Source: Nitrososphaerales archaeon (GTDB lineage Archaea > Thermoproteota > Nitrososphaeria > Nitrososphaerales > UBA213). Taken from it: DNA of 64,000 nucleotides. The stretch is taken from positions 96,001 through 160,000 of the forward strand of contig CBDAOC010000017.1 of NCBI GenBank assembly GCA_965197925.1, written 5' to 3'. The notes below the pieces were generated by a model. That model saw only the letters and a program-made list of their open reading frames with translations, searched no databases and was not told the DNA's origin. Of this stretch, positions 30,639-42,125 are shown in pieces. A program made the position numbers and the translations under genes. Within the stretch, counting starts at the first letter, position 1, and every line of letters starts with the position of its first letter.

Positions 30639-31637
30639 ATGATAGATCTTCCGCAATTCAAACAGTTAATGAAAGTAGATGACGATGTTACAGATGAAAA
30701 ATATGGCTATTACCCAGACAAACGCCCCATGGAGGTACTTCTTGACTATGGACTAATATCTCTGGATAAACCTCCTGGTCCTACGAGTCATGAAGTAGTA
30801 GCATGGACAAGGCGGATTCTTGAAATAAAGAAGGCAGGTCATAGTGGGACGCTGGACCCGCCGGTAACCGGCTTACTGCCAGTAGGTTTAGGCGAAGGAA
30901 CTAAAGCACTGGGAGTCTTATTATTTGGACCTAAGGAATATTACGCCTTGGCTAGACTACATGGAACTGTCGAGGGTGATAAACTGCGATCTGTTGTTAA
31001 AGAGTTTACTGGCGAGATCTATCAGCGACCACCTCAGCGCTCTGCTGTAAAACGTGAAGTCAGAATAAGAAATGTGTATGATTTAGATGTTATGGAAGAA
31101 AGTGGTAGGTTGGTACTTTTACACATTTTATGCCAAGCAGGAACTTATATCCGAAAAATAATTTATGATGTAGGAGAGATTTTAGGATTTGGTGCTACTA
31201 TGGCAGAACTGCGGCGAACAAGAGTAAGTAACCTTAACGAAACCAATGGTTTCGTTAAACTGCATGATATTGTAGACGCCTATAATATATGGAAAGAAAA
31301 AAGAAAGGATGACAAATTGAGGAGTATAGTAAAACCCATCGAAACGTCCCTCCAGACCATAAAGGCCGTTATAGTAAGGGATACAGCTGCAGATGCACTA
31401 TGCCACGGGGCGCAACTTGCGGTTCCAGGCATCTTAAAAATACCTCGAGATTTAAAGAGAAATGACTTTGTAGGATTATACACATTGAAGGGAGAGGTTA
31501 TTGGGCTGGCTGAAGCTGCCATGTCAGCACAGGAAATAGTTGATGCAGACAAGGGTTTTGGCTTCAATGTAAGGCGAATAATAATGAAGCCCGGTACGTA
31601 TCCAAAAGCATGGAGATCAAGGCAAATTAGTACTTAG
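30639..31637 (+). CDS. cbf5: H/ACA RNA-guided pseudouridine synthase Cbf5
   Basis: DKPPGPTSHEV, GHSGTLDP, QRPPQRSAVKR, PUA domain. Confidence 0.95.
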   Translation: MIDLPQFKQLMKVDDDVTDEKYGYYPDKRPMEVLLDYGLISLDKPPGPTSHEVVAWTRRILEIKKAGHSGTLDPPVTGLLPVGLGEGTKALGVLLFGPKEYYALARLHGTVEGDKLRSVVKEFTGEIYQRPPQRSAVKREVRIRNVYDLDVMEESGRLVLLHILCQAGTYIRKIIYDVGEILGFGATMAELRRTRVSNLNETNGFVKLHDIVDAYNIWKEKRKDDKLRSIVKPIETSLQTIKAVIVRDTAADALCHGAQLAVPGILKIPRDLKRNDFVGLYTLKGEVIGLAEAAMSAQEIVDADKGFGFNVRRIIMKPGTYPKAWRSRQIST

Positions 31638-31701
31638 ACATAGATTTTACTTCAATCATCAACGGTCAATGATTATATATGGTATCAGTATTTATTGAGC
31701 T

Positions 31702-32040
31702 ATGAGCGCTGACATGCAACAAGTTAGACGAAAGATCTTCGATGAACTAACCAAAATAGTTGATCCTGAAATCAATGTGTCTATCATGGAATTACAATTA
31801 ATAGATAATGTAGATATTGATGGAGGGAACGTGAAAGTAGATTTGCATCTTACAAGTCCATTTTGCCCGGCCGTTTTTGGATTCAAGATAGCCCAAGATG
31901 TAAAGGACAACTTGGAGACTATTGAAGAAATAAATAAGACGCTTGTGAATGTGAGCAATCATTTTATGGCAGAAGCAATAAACAACCAAGTTAACGGAGG
32001 TAGAAAGAGTGCTGAAAGTAATGTTATAGAGGACAAGTAA
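31702..32040 (+). CDS. Fe-S cluster assembly protein (DUF59/SufT/MIP18 family)
   Basis: IVDPEINVSI..LTSPFCP. Confidence 0.88.
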   Translation: MSADMQQVRRKIFDELTKIVDPEINVSIMELQLIDNVDIDGGNVKVDLHLTSPFCPAVFGFKIAQDVKDNLETIEEINKTLVNVSNHFMAEAINNQVNGGRKSAESNVIEDK

Positions 32041-32078
32041 AGTACTAGATTTGGATTTGTAATAAAAGGAAAGATGAT

Positions 32079-32828
32079 TTATCCTTCAGCTGGAACTAGT
32101 TTCGGTTCCATCTTTCCCTTTTTTGAAAAACCCATCATATAGCCTCTAAGTAACTGTATACCCAATGCTGGATCCACCCCTTTAGGACATACTTTGCTAC
32201 ATGAACCTGCAAAATGGCATCGCCATATACCGTGTCGATTGTCAATGATCTTTATTCTTTCATCCGCAGCTTGATCCCTGTTATCAGCAAAATATCTGTA
32301 CATCTGAGCTAGCGCCTGTGGGCCTGGAAATTTTTTATCTGTAGCAACGACTGGGCATGCAGAATTGCAGAGACCACATTTAATACAATAGGAAAATTGC
32401 ATAAACTTATCCAATTCTTCAGGGCTCTGCAAAAACTCCTTAGTTTTCTTATCTGTCTTAATATCGTTTAGAATGTAGGGCTTCATATCTTTGTGTTTCC
32501 TCAAGAAGGTATCAAAATCAGGAACTAGATCGCGTATGATTGGAAAGTTCGCTAATGGTTTGCATGTAATAACGTCTGTATCAAGCTCGTTTATTTTTGT
32601 GTGGCAAGCCAACCTAGGGATCCTATTGATCATCATTCCACAGGAACCACATGAAGCCATTCTACAAGAATAACGTATCGCAATCGAGTGATCCATATTA
32701 GCTTTAGTATGTAATAACACATCAAGAACCGTCGACCAGCGCTCTACAGGTACTTCAAATTCATCATAATAAGAAGAATCCTTACCAGGTATATGCCTGT
32801 ATACCTTTAATTTTATTTTTTTGGCCAT
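32079..32828 (-). CDS. sdhB: Succinate dehydrogenase iron-sulfur subunit
   Basis: SCRMASCGSC, CIKCGLCNSACP, CHFAGSCSKVCP. Confidence 0.95.
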   Translation of the reverse strand: MAKKIKLKVYRHIPGKDSSYYDEFEVPVERWSTVLDVLLHTKANMDHSIAIRYSCRMASCGSCGMMINRIPRLACHTKINELDTDVITCKPLANFPIIRDLVPDFDTFLRKHKDMKPYILNDIKTDKKTKEFLQSPEELDKFMQFSYCIKCGLCNSACPVVATDKKFPGPQALAQMYRYFADNRDQAADERIKIIDNRHGIWRCHFAGSCSKVCPKGVDPALGIQLLRGYMMGFSKKGKMEPKLVPAEG

Positions 32829-32829
32829 T

Positions 32830-33177
32830 TTACAAAGCACCAGCCATTCCAGCTATTACTATAGTTCTGCTACCGTACGCAATAAGTCCTATGGCAGATA
32901 CAGCACATGCCCAACTTACGCCTTTCTCCCAGTGGTGGCCCTGCCTCAATTCAATGAGTATTATTCGCAAGCCGTTGAAACCGTGGATTGAAACAGTGAC
33001 AAGTATTAATTCAAGTACGATAGCGTATGGTAAATTCTGATAATTTAAAATTACGTTTTCATACTCCAAACTCATCCCGTATGGAACTATCAATCTAAAC
33101 GATATATGTATGCCAACTAACACAATAGCAGCAAGGCCGGTTATGTAGTGAATATTCATTATTTGACTTTCCCTCAT
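32830..33177 (-). CDS. sdhD: Succinate dehydrogenase membrane anchor
   Basis: Three TM helices, HGFNGLRIIL. Start at MRESQ. Confidence 0.85.
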   Translation of the reverse strand: MRESQIMNIHYITGLAAIVLVGIHISFRLIVPYGMSLEYENVILNYQNLPYAIVLELILVTVSIHGFNGLRIILIELRQGHHWEKGVSWACAVSAIGLIAYGSRTIVIAGMAGAL

Positions 33178-33179
33178 TT

Positions 33180-33611
33180 CTATTCCCCTAATAATACAGT
33201 TGCACCATACATCATCGCAAGAGCCGCGAGAGCCATTGACACCCATAAACACGCACGCATCTTCATGCTTAATGAAGTAGGCCTGTACGGATAATCCGGT
33301 CTACCAGGAGCACCTATCCCCTTTCCCCCATGAGCAAGATATAGTCTAACGCCATTAGCTGCATGGAACACTGACATCCCTATTACAAGAATAAGTATCA
33401 AATGTCCCCCTGTGGTTTGCGTCATTTGGAGCATTTGATCCCAAGCAAACTTGCCCTGAGTTAGGGAACTGGTCTCTATTATGTGTGCTATGAAATAGGC
33501 CAGTAATCCAACACCTGTTAATCTCTGAAGCCAATACGAAATTCGTGGCCAACCATACCGTGTAGGGTTCAACCATCCCCTTACACCTTCCCTGTTTTCC
33601 TCTCTAACCAA
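33180..33611 (-). CDS. sdhC: Succinate dehydrogenase cytochrome b subunit
   Basis: LQRLTG, FHAANGVR. Confidence 0.88.
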   Translation of the reverse strand: MVREENREGVRGWLNPTRYGWPRISYWLQRLTGVGLLAYFIAHIIETSSLTQGKFAWDQMLQMTQTTGGHLILILVIGMSVFHAANGVRLYLAHGGKGIGAPGRPDYPYRPTSLSMKMRACLWVSMALAALAMMYGATVLLGE

Positions 33612-33622
33612 AATTGACCGCC

Positions 33623-35335
33623 TCAGTAATGTCGTTCAGCTGGTTTATATCTTGTAACAGTAACTGGAAGGTATTCAATCTTCGGCTCCTGCCCAGTAAA
33701 ATAGGCTAATGTATGCTTTAAGAAATTTACATCATCCCTTGTAGGATAATCCATCCGTGCATGCGCCCCTCTTGATTCCAGCCTATAATAAGCCCCCAAG
33801 AGTACAACCTCACTGGTTCTAAGCATGGAATCTAACTCCATCACATTGGTGAAGTTAGTATTGTATTCCTTTGCTTTGTCGTCAACATGCTTCCATGCTC
33901 GTTCTTGTAATTCCCTCACCTTCTTGATACCATCTGCCAAATCTTTCTCTGTTCTGAATACATATGCTTTCTCATCCATCATGTCTGTAAGTTCCTTCTT
34001 GATTTGATAAGGGTTTTCTTCTCCCCTTCCATGAAACACACCATCGTAGATCCTTTTCTCCTCCATAGCTACCATATCATTTGGTATTTTTCCAAATCCA
34101 TTTTCTAAAGCATGTTTAGCTGCAAACTCTCCAGTGTATTTCCCCCAAACCAAGCATTCTGCAGTTGAATTTGCCCCTAATCTGTTTGCTCCGTTTATAC
34201 TAACACAAGCAGCTTCTCCAGCTGCCCATAATCCCCGCATCTTAGAGGCGCCATCAATATTGACATGTATGCCTCCCATCATATAGTGACAAACCGGTCT
34301 GACGGGTATGGGTTCGTCAATTGGATCCAAATCAGAATACTTCATAGTGATCTCTCTTATTCCTGCCAATCGCTCCTTGATGATTTCGTCACCCAGATGA
34401 TGCAGATCAAGAAGTAGATGGTTCATTCCCGTTCCCGTGTCTGTAAATCCCCTACCCTCAAGTATTTCCCGAATCATTCCCCTAGAAACAACATCTCTTG
34501 AAGCTAGCTCCAACTTATCAGGCGCATACTTTTTCATGAATCGTTCTCCATCTTTGTTGATCAAAAATCCACCCTCTCCTCTGGCTGCCTCGGTTATCAG
34601 TATACCTGAGGGGAGTATACCAGTTGGGTGGAATTGGACAAACTCCATATCCTTTAATGCTAGACCAGCACGGTATGCCATGTCAATACCGTCTGGAGTT
34701 GATGTGAGTCCATAAGTTGCAAAGGAATAAATTCTTCCAGCACCACCAGATGCTATTATACAGGACTTTGCCTTGAAGAGCTTAAAATTTCCACTTTTAA
34801 TTTCTATTGCGGTCAAGCCTCTAAATTGATTGACATCATAAACTATAGATGTTACAAACCATTCATTGTAGAAATGTATGTTATCATATTTTAATGCAGT
34901 GTCATAAAGTGTTTGCATTTGGTAAAATCCTACCTTATCTTGTGCAAATGATGCTCTTGGAAAGCTATAACCACCGAATGCCCTCTGTGCAATTCTTCCA
35001 TCATCCCTTCTTGACCAGGGCATGCCCCAGTGTTCTAGCCGATAAATTTCATCCGGAATAGTGTGGACCAGTCGTTCAACGGTGTCTTGGTCTGCTAGGA
35101 AATCACTTCCCTTTACAGTATCATAAATGTGAGATTCGAAATTATCACCATCCTCTGGAAATAAAACTGCAGCAGTACCACCCTCGGCAGATACTGAATG
35201 TGAACGCATTACTTGTACTTTCGATACCAAGGCTATGCTTAACTTTTCACTCGTAATCGCAGCTTCGATTGCAGCTCGAAGGCCAGCAAGACCTGAACCA
35301 ACTATAATTACATCATGCTCTATAGTTTCAGACAA
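33623..35335 (-). CDS. sdhA: Succinate dehydrogenase flavoprotein
   Basis: GSGLAG, RSHSVSAEGG, QFHPT, GANRLGANS. Confidence 0.96.
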   Translation of the reverse strand: MSETIEHDVIIVGSGLAGLRAAIEAAITSEKLSIALVSKVQVMRSHSVSAEGGTAAVLFPEDGDNFESHIYDTVKGSDFLADQDTVERLVHTIPDEIYRLEHWGMPWSRRDDGRIAQRAFGGYSFPRASFAQDKVGFYQMQTLYDTALKYDNIHFYNEWFVTSIVYDVNQFRGLTAIEIKSGNFKLFKAKSCIIASGGAGRIYSFATYGLTSTPDGIDMAYRAGLALKDMEFVQFHPTGILPSGILITEAARGEGGFLINKDGERFMKKYAPDKLELASRDVVSRGMIREILEGRGFTDTGTGMNHLLLDLHHLGDEIIKERLAGIREITMKYSDLDPIDEPIPVRPVCHYMMGGIHVNIDGASKMRGLWAAGEAACVSINGANRLGANSTAECLVWGKYTGEFAAKHALENGFGKIPNDMVAMEEKRIYDGVFHGRGEENPYQIKKELTDMMDEKAYVFRTEKDLADGIKKVRELQERAWKHVDDKAKEYNTNFTNVMELDSMLRTSEVVLLGAYYRLESRGAHARMDYPTRDDVNFLKHTLAYFTGQEPKIEYLPVTVTRYKPAERHY

Positions 35336-35502
35336 TTCCTTCCATTTACCTAATTATGCTATATTATAATTAATCTATCCTGCTGATACTACCTCATCAC
35401 ATTTCAATTGTGTGAGAGAACCTATTGGGATTGAATGGTATGGACCTTGAGAATATGGAGAAGATTTAAATATATCTCTGGTGATATTGCCTGTGATATA
35501 AA

Positions 35503-36006
35503 ATGAATGCAAGTTGGATACAAAGAGTCGGAAGCTCTGTTCCGAGGGGATTTTCCCGCTTCTATGTCTTGAATCTACTCAAGGAACAACAATTGACTGG
35601 GAAGGAGATCATAGAATCAGCATCAAAGGCAAGTAGTGGAATGTGGAAACCCTCCCCTGGGTTGGTATACCCTTTACTTGGAAGACTGTTGCAGGAAGGT
35701 TTGATTGAGGAAATTGCAAGTGGGAAACACGTGATAACCAACAAAGGACGTGATGTGTTAAATGATCTAAGTTCCATACAAGACGTGATGAAAAAGCAGT
35801 TAGATGTATTGATGAAGATTACCAATGCAGGTAAATTTCTGGCGCTAGATGTTTTGGAAAGGGTGACTTCGATGGGAATTATGTTGACAAACAATCTTGA
35901 CAAGCTGGGAAGGGAAGAAAAAGAAAAATACAAAAAGTTTTTAACAACTGAACTCAAGAAAATAGAAGAAGCAGAAAAAGGTAGAGAAAAGATAAGCGTG
36001 GAATAA
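35503..36006 (+). CDS. PadR-family transcriptional regulator
   Basis: WKPSPGLVYPLLGRL. Confidence 0.88.
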   Translation: MNASWIQRVGSSVPRGFSRFYVLNLLKEQQLTGKEIIESASKASSGMWKPSPGLVYPLLGRLLQEGLIEEIASGKHVITNKGRDVLNDLSSIQDVMKKQLDVLMKITNAGKFLALDVLERVTSMGIMLTNNLDKLGREEKEKYKKFLTTELKKIEEAEKGREKISVE

Positions 36007-36059
36007 TCCATTCTTTTTTTGTATATCTTTTTATTTAATTAATGTAACAAGGTTCTTGT

Positions 36060-37013
36060 TTGAGCGATCATTTACTAAAATTACCAGCAGTAAGCGAAGA
36101 GGAAGAGAACATCTGCCTGCCATTAGTAATAAGTGTAATCTCTAGGTATTGGAATGAGGAAATTCCTATCAGTGAAGCTAAGGAGATAGCAAAGATTTAC
36201 CCTAAGATCAGGGGAACAATAATGATGGAGGGTATAGAATTAGCCGAGAAACACGGTCTAAGATCCTACATTTATCATGGCTCGCTCCAAGACCTACAGA
36301 AGCGAATAGACCAAGGACTTCCTCCAATTGTAATTTTACCTGGGATACGAGAGACAGTTCAACATGCCATGGTAATATCTGGATATGACAATAGTACCAA
36401 TAGAGTGTTAACTTACTTTCCCGATCCTGATAAAATGGGCGCTATCAAGTACAATCAATTCAACCAATTATGGAAACAGGACGATAATGTCACGATGATT
36501 ATAGTTCCAACCGATGTCAGTGAAGTAGTAGAAAGGGATAAACTTAGTTTCACACAATCGAACAGATCTTGCTTTATAGCAGAAAAATTACATCTCCAAG
36601 GAAATTATGAAAAAGCCTTAGCAACACTTTTGCTTGCCAAAAATACTGAACCGAGAAATCCTAGAATATGGAATCAGATAGGCGCATTATACAATGAAAG
36701 AAATAATGAAGAAGCGGAAATTTGTTACAGGGAGGCGATAGAACTAAATTCTTGCTTTTACTTGGCATTTAGGGGATTAGGCAATTATTATCTCAAGAAA
36801 AAGGACTTTGCTAGAGCAGAAGAATATTATTCCAAGGCAATAACAATAAATCAGTTTAGGTTTGGTCCCATATACAAAAATCGTGCAATTGTAAGGATTG
36901 AATTGGGCAATAAGGAGGGTGCTGCTACCGATTTTAAAATTTATCTGGACCAATGTAAGAATGTTCCAGATAAAAAAAGCGTGGAAGAGATGATTAAAGA
37001 GCTTTCAACATAG
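36060..37013 (+). CDS. Peptidase C39-like domain + TPR protein
   Basis: N-terminal C (ICLP), HAMVISGYD, C-terminal TPR helices. Confidence 0.8.
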   Translation: MSDHLLKLPAVSEEEENICLPLVISVISRYWNEEIPISEAKEIAKIYPKIRGTIMMEGIELAEKHGLRSYIYHGSLQDLQKRIDQGLPPIVILPGIRETVQHAMVISGYDNSTNRVLTYFPDPDKMGAIKYNQFNQLWKQDDNVTMIIVPTDVSEVVERDKLSFTQSNRSCFIAEKLHLQGNYEKALATLLLAKNTEPRNPRIWNQIGALYNERNNEEAEICYREAIELNSCFYLAFRGLGNYYLKKKDFARAEEYYSKAITINQFRFGPIYKNRAIVRIELGNKEGAATDFKIYLDQCKNVPDKKSVEEMIKELST

Positions 37014-37236
37014 CTTTCAATCATCCATCAATTTGATAATCACTTTAGCACTGAATGAAAAAACTCCCCCTAACATTTCATTGTGAGGTAGTGTAGAGAA
37101 GCGATTTTGTAAGTTTGTATTAATACGTTAGGGGTTATGATTCTAAAAAGTTCGATTACAACTTATTTTAGAAAAATCTCTACTGATTCATATCGAATAA
37201 TATAGATTGAACAAATAAGGATTAATAGGGTTGGAT

Positions 37237-39968
37237 TCAATGTATTGGATTCAATGTATTGGATACTCTGAAGATCGAGAATAGTAATTTTTCAGTATCA
37301 ATAGGTTTATTCACCAGTAATTGCAGTATGTTATATCTTGTAATGATTCCAACTACTTTCCTGTTATTTGTTATATCAACAATAGGAATGAGGTCATAAT
37401 GGTGCAAATTCATCTTCTCTATAACAGAAAATAGATCTTCGTTAGCATTTGATACTATGATTTTTTTGTTCATCATATCCTCTAATTTAGTAGATTTCCA
37501 TTTCTTCTGCGGTATCTTGTTGATCTCCCTTGTTGACACTGCCAAGAAGAATATTTTTATCTCCAGAACGAGGTAAGTTGATTTTGCAATATCCAAATGT
37601 TCCTGAAGGAACTGTGATACAGAAGTATCCTTGTCTACATGTGGTAAAGAAACAGACATCACGTCTTTTGCATTAAGGTCTGCAAACGCAATTCTAACAA
37701 AGTATGGTATTAGGGCTTCAGGCGATTCACCCTTTACTTCTTCCTCACGACCAAGAGCGTGTTGTAAACTGCTCGCTGAAAGGATCATCATCACAAGTGT
37801 TCCAAAGACAAGGAGCGAAAATAATTCATTCTCCAACAATCCCATACTTAGCAATGAAATCATCAATCCAAGATCGACTGCACCTTTAGCCATCACGCCT
37901 TTAGCGACGGTAGATGCAGGTGATAGGCGTGCAACCTTTGCCGCAATAAAGGAGCCTAAATATTTTACACCAATAATAATTATTAAGAAACCTATGATCA
38001 TTATTATAGGGAGTTGGAGGAACGAGGGTATGAAGTACAGACCAATTCCTGCAAAAAAGATAGGGATGAAAATTCCATGCCCTATGCTATGAAGACCTCT
38101 AGAAGTTTCAAAATATTCATCTCGAGGCATTTGCAACATTGCTACGCCTAGAAGCAAAGCACCGATTGCACCATGAATTCCACTAAACTCTGCAAAATAT
38201 GATACTAGAAGCTATCACACCGATTATAATCCCAAAATAGATCTCTTTAACTTTCATGTACTTCCTTACTGCTTGCAGCATACGAGGGAATACATATACC
38301 GCAAAGCTGCCGGCAATACCGAAAAAGATCAGGATCCTTATGAAAAGCCATGCAATATCGTATGCAGCTGGAACAGTTTCTGTTGTACCCATTTGGATCG
38401 TGACGCTGGCAACAATAATTGCTATGAATTCTACGATAGCTGTTACTGTAAATATTTCTAATCCTATTACCGATTTAAGCTTGCCCTTGTCCATCAATAT
38501 CTTTGCAGTAACACCTAGACTTGATGCACCAATTACACTTGCAATGGCAAAGGATTGAACAAAGTCCATTCCTAGATAAAATGAGAATAATGACCCTACT
38601 GTAAACAGTAATAAGAAACCGATTGCAGAAGCAGCAAATAATCTTTTTCTGAGTATGTTAAAGAGTCAGGGTAAATCGACTTTTTCTAGACCAATGAGAA
38701 AGAAGAGAAAGAATATGCCTATGGATATGAATAATTCTATCTCAGCTATTGGTTCTACCCATGAAAGTACAGCAGGACCGATTATTATCCCCGCAAGAAC
38801 ATTACCTAGCAGAGGGGGTTGCTTGATCTTAACCATAATTTCTTCAAATATTTTAGCACTGAGAATGAGTATGACTAAGAGCTTATCCTAAAATTAACAT
38901 CATAGCCTAATTGTTTATACCGAAACAGATCTAGATCTGTTCTCTCTAGCTAAATTTGTGAGAAAATCAAAGAAAAAGAGCATGCCGACCATATGGCATA
39001 TACCAAATGATCTATGGGTAGAGTTCAAACTAGTGTTGCCACCAGAGAAACCAGCAAGAACAGTTGGAAGACCGGCCGTGCCATTTAGAAAAGTATTGAA
39101 TGGAATACTGTATGTATTAAGAACTGGATGCCAGTGGAAGAAGGTGCCGAAAGAATTTGGTTCTGGTTCAACTTGCCATGCAAGATTTCAGGAATGGATT
39201 GGGATAGGAGTATTCAAGAAGGTATGGAAGAGGCTGCTGGAAATATATGATGAATTAAAGAGCATGGGATGGGACTGGCAATCCATGGATAGCGTACCGA
39301 AGGCCCCATTAGGGGGAAAACGACCGGAGCAAATCCAACGGATAGAGGCAAGCTAGGTACCAAACGTCACATGCTGGTTGATAGAAGAGGAGTACCTCTC
39401 TCATCTGTAATTACTGGAGCAAATAAACACGATATGAAATCAGCCTTTCCTACAATAGATAGCATTGTTGTTGATAGACCTAAAATTAAACAGAACATAT
39501 GCATGAATAGGATACGATTTCACTGAGATAGAGTATAGAGTATGAAATATGGAGTTAGGAAGGGGATATGTGGATCACATTCGTCATAAGGGTGAAGTGT
39601 TGAAAAAGAATTTGTACAAAGCAAAAAGATGGGTTGTAGAAAGAACCGCATCTTGGCATAACAGGTTCAGAAAGTTATTGGTAAGGTTCGAGAAGAGAGA
39701 GAATTATCGAGCATTGCAATTTGCTAACTGCCTAATAGTGTACAGAGCGATATATTGGTAGTGTCATAAACACGTTAATGCAACTGTTTCTAGTATCTAT
39801 TATCTACAATACTAATAAAATCAATAGTAAGAAAACTAAACCTGACAGTATGAACTAATATTCTTACATTCTAAATGATATCATTTCTACCAATCGTTAA
39901 CAATCAGATAGAATTTTAGGATAGGCTCTAAGTATAATATTGCCACAACCAATGCCTCAAATTGTCAT
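37237..39968 (-). pseudogene. Cation:proton antiporter (CPA2) with CBS pair, split by IS and frameshifts
   Basis: LVVAILY|LVILILSAKIFEE..KQPPLLGNVLAGIIIGP is rejoined when IS 38879-39928 is removed. Fragments 38183-38569 and 37237-38157. Confidence 0.85.
38879..39928 (+). mobile_element. IS5-family element type A, short form (1050 bp)
   Basis: IRs GAGCTTATCCTAAAATT / AATTTTAGGATAGGCTC, TAA target duplication. Confidence 0.93.
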
Positions 39969-40122
39969 ATGTTAATAATATCCTTTTCCAACATCCCATC
40001 ATAAATTTCATTTTGAAAGATCAAAAATTCACCAATATTAAAGTGCTAGTAGATTATAAGACGAACCTTGTTATAGGATCAGAACCCGTTGCAACAATTG
40101 GCTCAACCGTAAAAATATAAAG

Positions 40123-40569
40123 ATGGACTATTATACTTCCTTAATGAATTGTATTTTTTGTTCAATAATAGACAAAAGGAATGAGGCAGCTCATATTTTT
40201 GAAAATAATAAATTTGTTGCTTTCATGGATATATTTCCAATAAATGAAGGTCATTCATTGGTTATGCCAAAAGAACACTACCAGACAATACCTGATATGC
40301 CGATTGAACATACTGGAAAACTTTTCAGTTTATCATCACATCTAGCTAAAGCTGTAGTAATGGCTGTAGGTGCGGATGGCTTCACATTGGGACAAAATAA
40401 TGGTATCGCCGCAAACCAGATCGTGCCACATGTTCATGTGCATATAGTTCCAAGGTTCAATAATGATAGCGATCCGGGAAGATGGCCAGAGAGAAAAAAT
40501 GTATCGATAGAACAACTTAATGACGTAGCTGCAAAGATACGAAAGTACATTGAACCAATATCGCTATAG
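40123..40569 (+). CDS. HIT family nucleotide hydrolase
   Basis: CIFC and HVHVH motifs. Confidence 0.92.
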   Translation: MDYYTSLMNCIFCSIIDKRNEAAHIFENNKFVAFMDIFPINEGHSLVMPKEHYQTIPDMPIEHTGKLFSLSSHLAKAVVMAVGADGFTLGQNNGIAANQIVPHVHVHIVPRFNNDSDPGRWPERKNVSIEQLNDVAAKIRKYIEPISL

Positions 40570-40648
40570 TGATGTGGATAGTCTTCATCTTGGTGATTGT
40601 TCATTCGAATTTTTTGATTCTTTCAAAATTCAGGCTTAACTACACTTA

Positions 40649-41698
40649 GAGCTTATCCGAAAATTAACATCATAGCCTAATTGTTTATACCGAAACAGAT
40701 CTAGATCTGTTCTCTCTAGCTAAATTTGTGAGAAAATCAAAGAAAAAGAGCATGCCGACCATATGGCATATACCAAATGATCTATGGGTAGAGTTCAAAC
40801 TAGTGTTGCCACCAGAGAAACCAGCAAGAACAGTTGGAAGACCGGCCGTGCCATTTAGAAAAGTATTGAATGGAATACTGTATGTATTAAGAACTGGATG
40901 CCAGTGGAAGAAGGTGCCGAAAGAATTTGGTTCTGGTTCAACTTGCCATGCAAGATTTCAGGAATGGATTGGGATAGGAGTATTCAAGAAGGTATGGAAG
41001 AGGCTGCTGGAAATATATGATGAATTAAAGAGCATGGGATGGGACTGGCAATCCATGGATAGCGTACCGAAGGCCCCATTAGGGGGAAAACGACCGGAGC
41101 AAATCCAACGGATAGAGGCAAGCTAGGTACCAAACGTCACATGCTGGTTGATAGAAGAGGAGTACCTCTCTCATCTGTAATTACTGGAGCAAATAAACAC
41201 GATATGAAATCAGCCTTTCCTACAATAGATAGCATTGTTGTTGATAGACCTAAAATTAAACAGAACATATGCATGAATAGGATACGATTTCACTGAGATA
41301 GAGTATAGAGTATGAAATATGGAGTTAGGAAGGGGATATGTGGATCACATTCGTCATAAGGGTGAAGTGTTGAAAAAGAATTTGTACAAAGCAAAAAGAT
41401 GGGTTGTAGAAAGAACCGCATCTTGGCATAACAGGTTCAGAAAGTTATTGGTAAGGTTCGAGAAGAGAGAGAATTATCGAGCATTGCAATTTGCTAACTG
41501 CCTAATAGTGTACAGAGCGATATATTGGTAGTGTCATAAACACGTTAATGCAACTGTTTCTAGTATCTATTATCTACAATACTAATAAAATCAATAGTAA
41601 GAAAACTAAACCTGACAGTATGAACTAATATTCTTACATTCTAAATGATATCATTTCTACCAATAGTTAACTATCAGCTAGAATTTTAGGATAGGCTC
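40649..41698 (+). mobile_element. IS5-family element type A, short form (1050 bp)
   Basis: Near-identical to 38879-39928. TTA target duplication. Confidence 0.93.
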
Positions 41699-42031
41699 TT
41701 AGTTATTTGTCAGTTCTTTTGCAATGGATTCCATGTCGGTGCTAGTAAGACCAACACCTTTATTTGCATCTCTCCTACACACTATTTCACCATTGTCGAA
41801 TGCTATCATAGTTGGTATTGATTCTATCTTGAATAGGTCCCACAAGGAATTTTCATCTTCATTCATTTGTGCACCAATTATTTTATATGGTAATTTATTT
41901 TGATAATTTTCCAATATAGGTTTGAACTTCGTACAAAAAGGACACCAGTCAGCATAAAATAGTACAAGAAACTGACCCTTACTCTCTACGACTTTGGGAA
42001 TAAAATCTTCATGATCTTCTATGGTCTCCAT
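41699..42031 (-). CDS. Thioredoxin-family protein
   Basis: FYADWCPFC, SIPT. Confidence 0.9.
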   Translation of the reverse strand: METIEDHEDFIPKVVESKGQFLVLFYADWCPFCTKFKPILENYQNKLPYKIIGAQMNEDENSLWDLFKIESIPTMIAFDNGEIVCRRDANKGVGLTSTDMESIAKELTNN

Positions 42032-42125
42032 CGTAATTCTTTCCCTGTGATTATATTTAGAACTTTCGAAAAAATCAAAATGTGAGAATGATCAATAAGA
42101 TTATGTGCTGAAGAATCTGAACCTA

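Noticed and set aside
38879..41698. Composite transposon carrying the HIT gene between two direct IS copies
   Set aside because: Each copy has its own TSD (TAA and TTA), and the antiporter gene is continuous across the first, so these are independent insertions.
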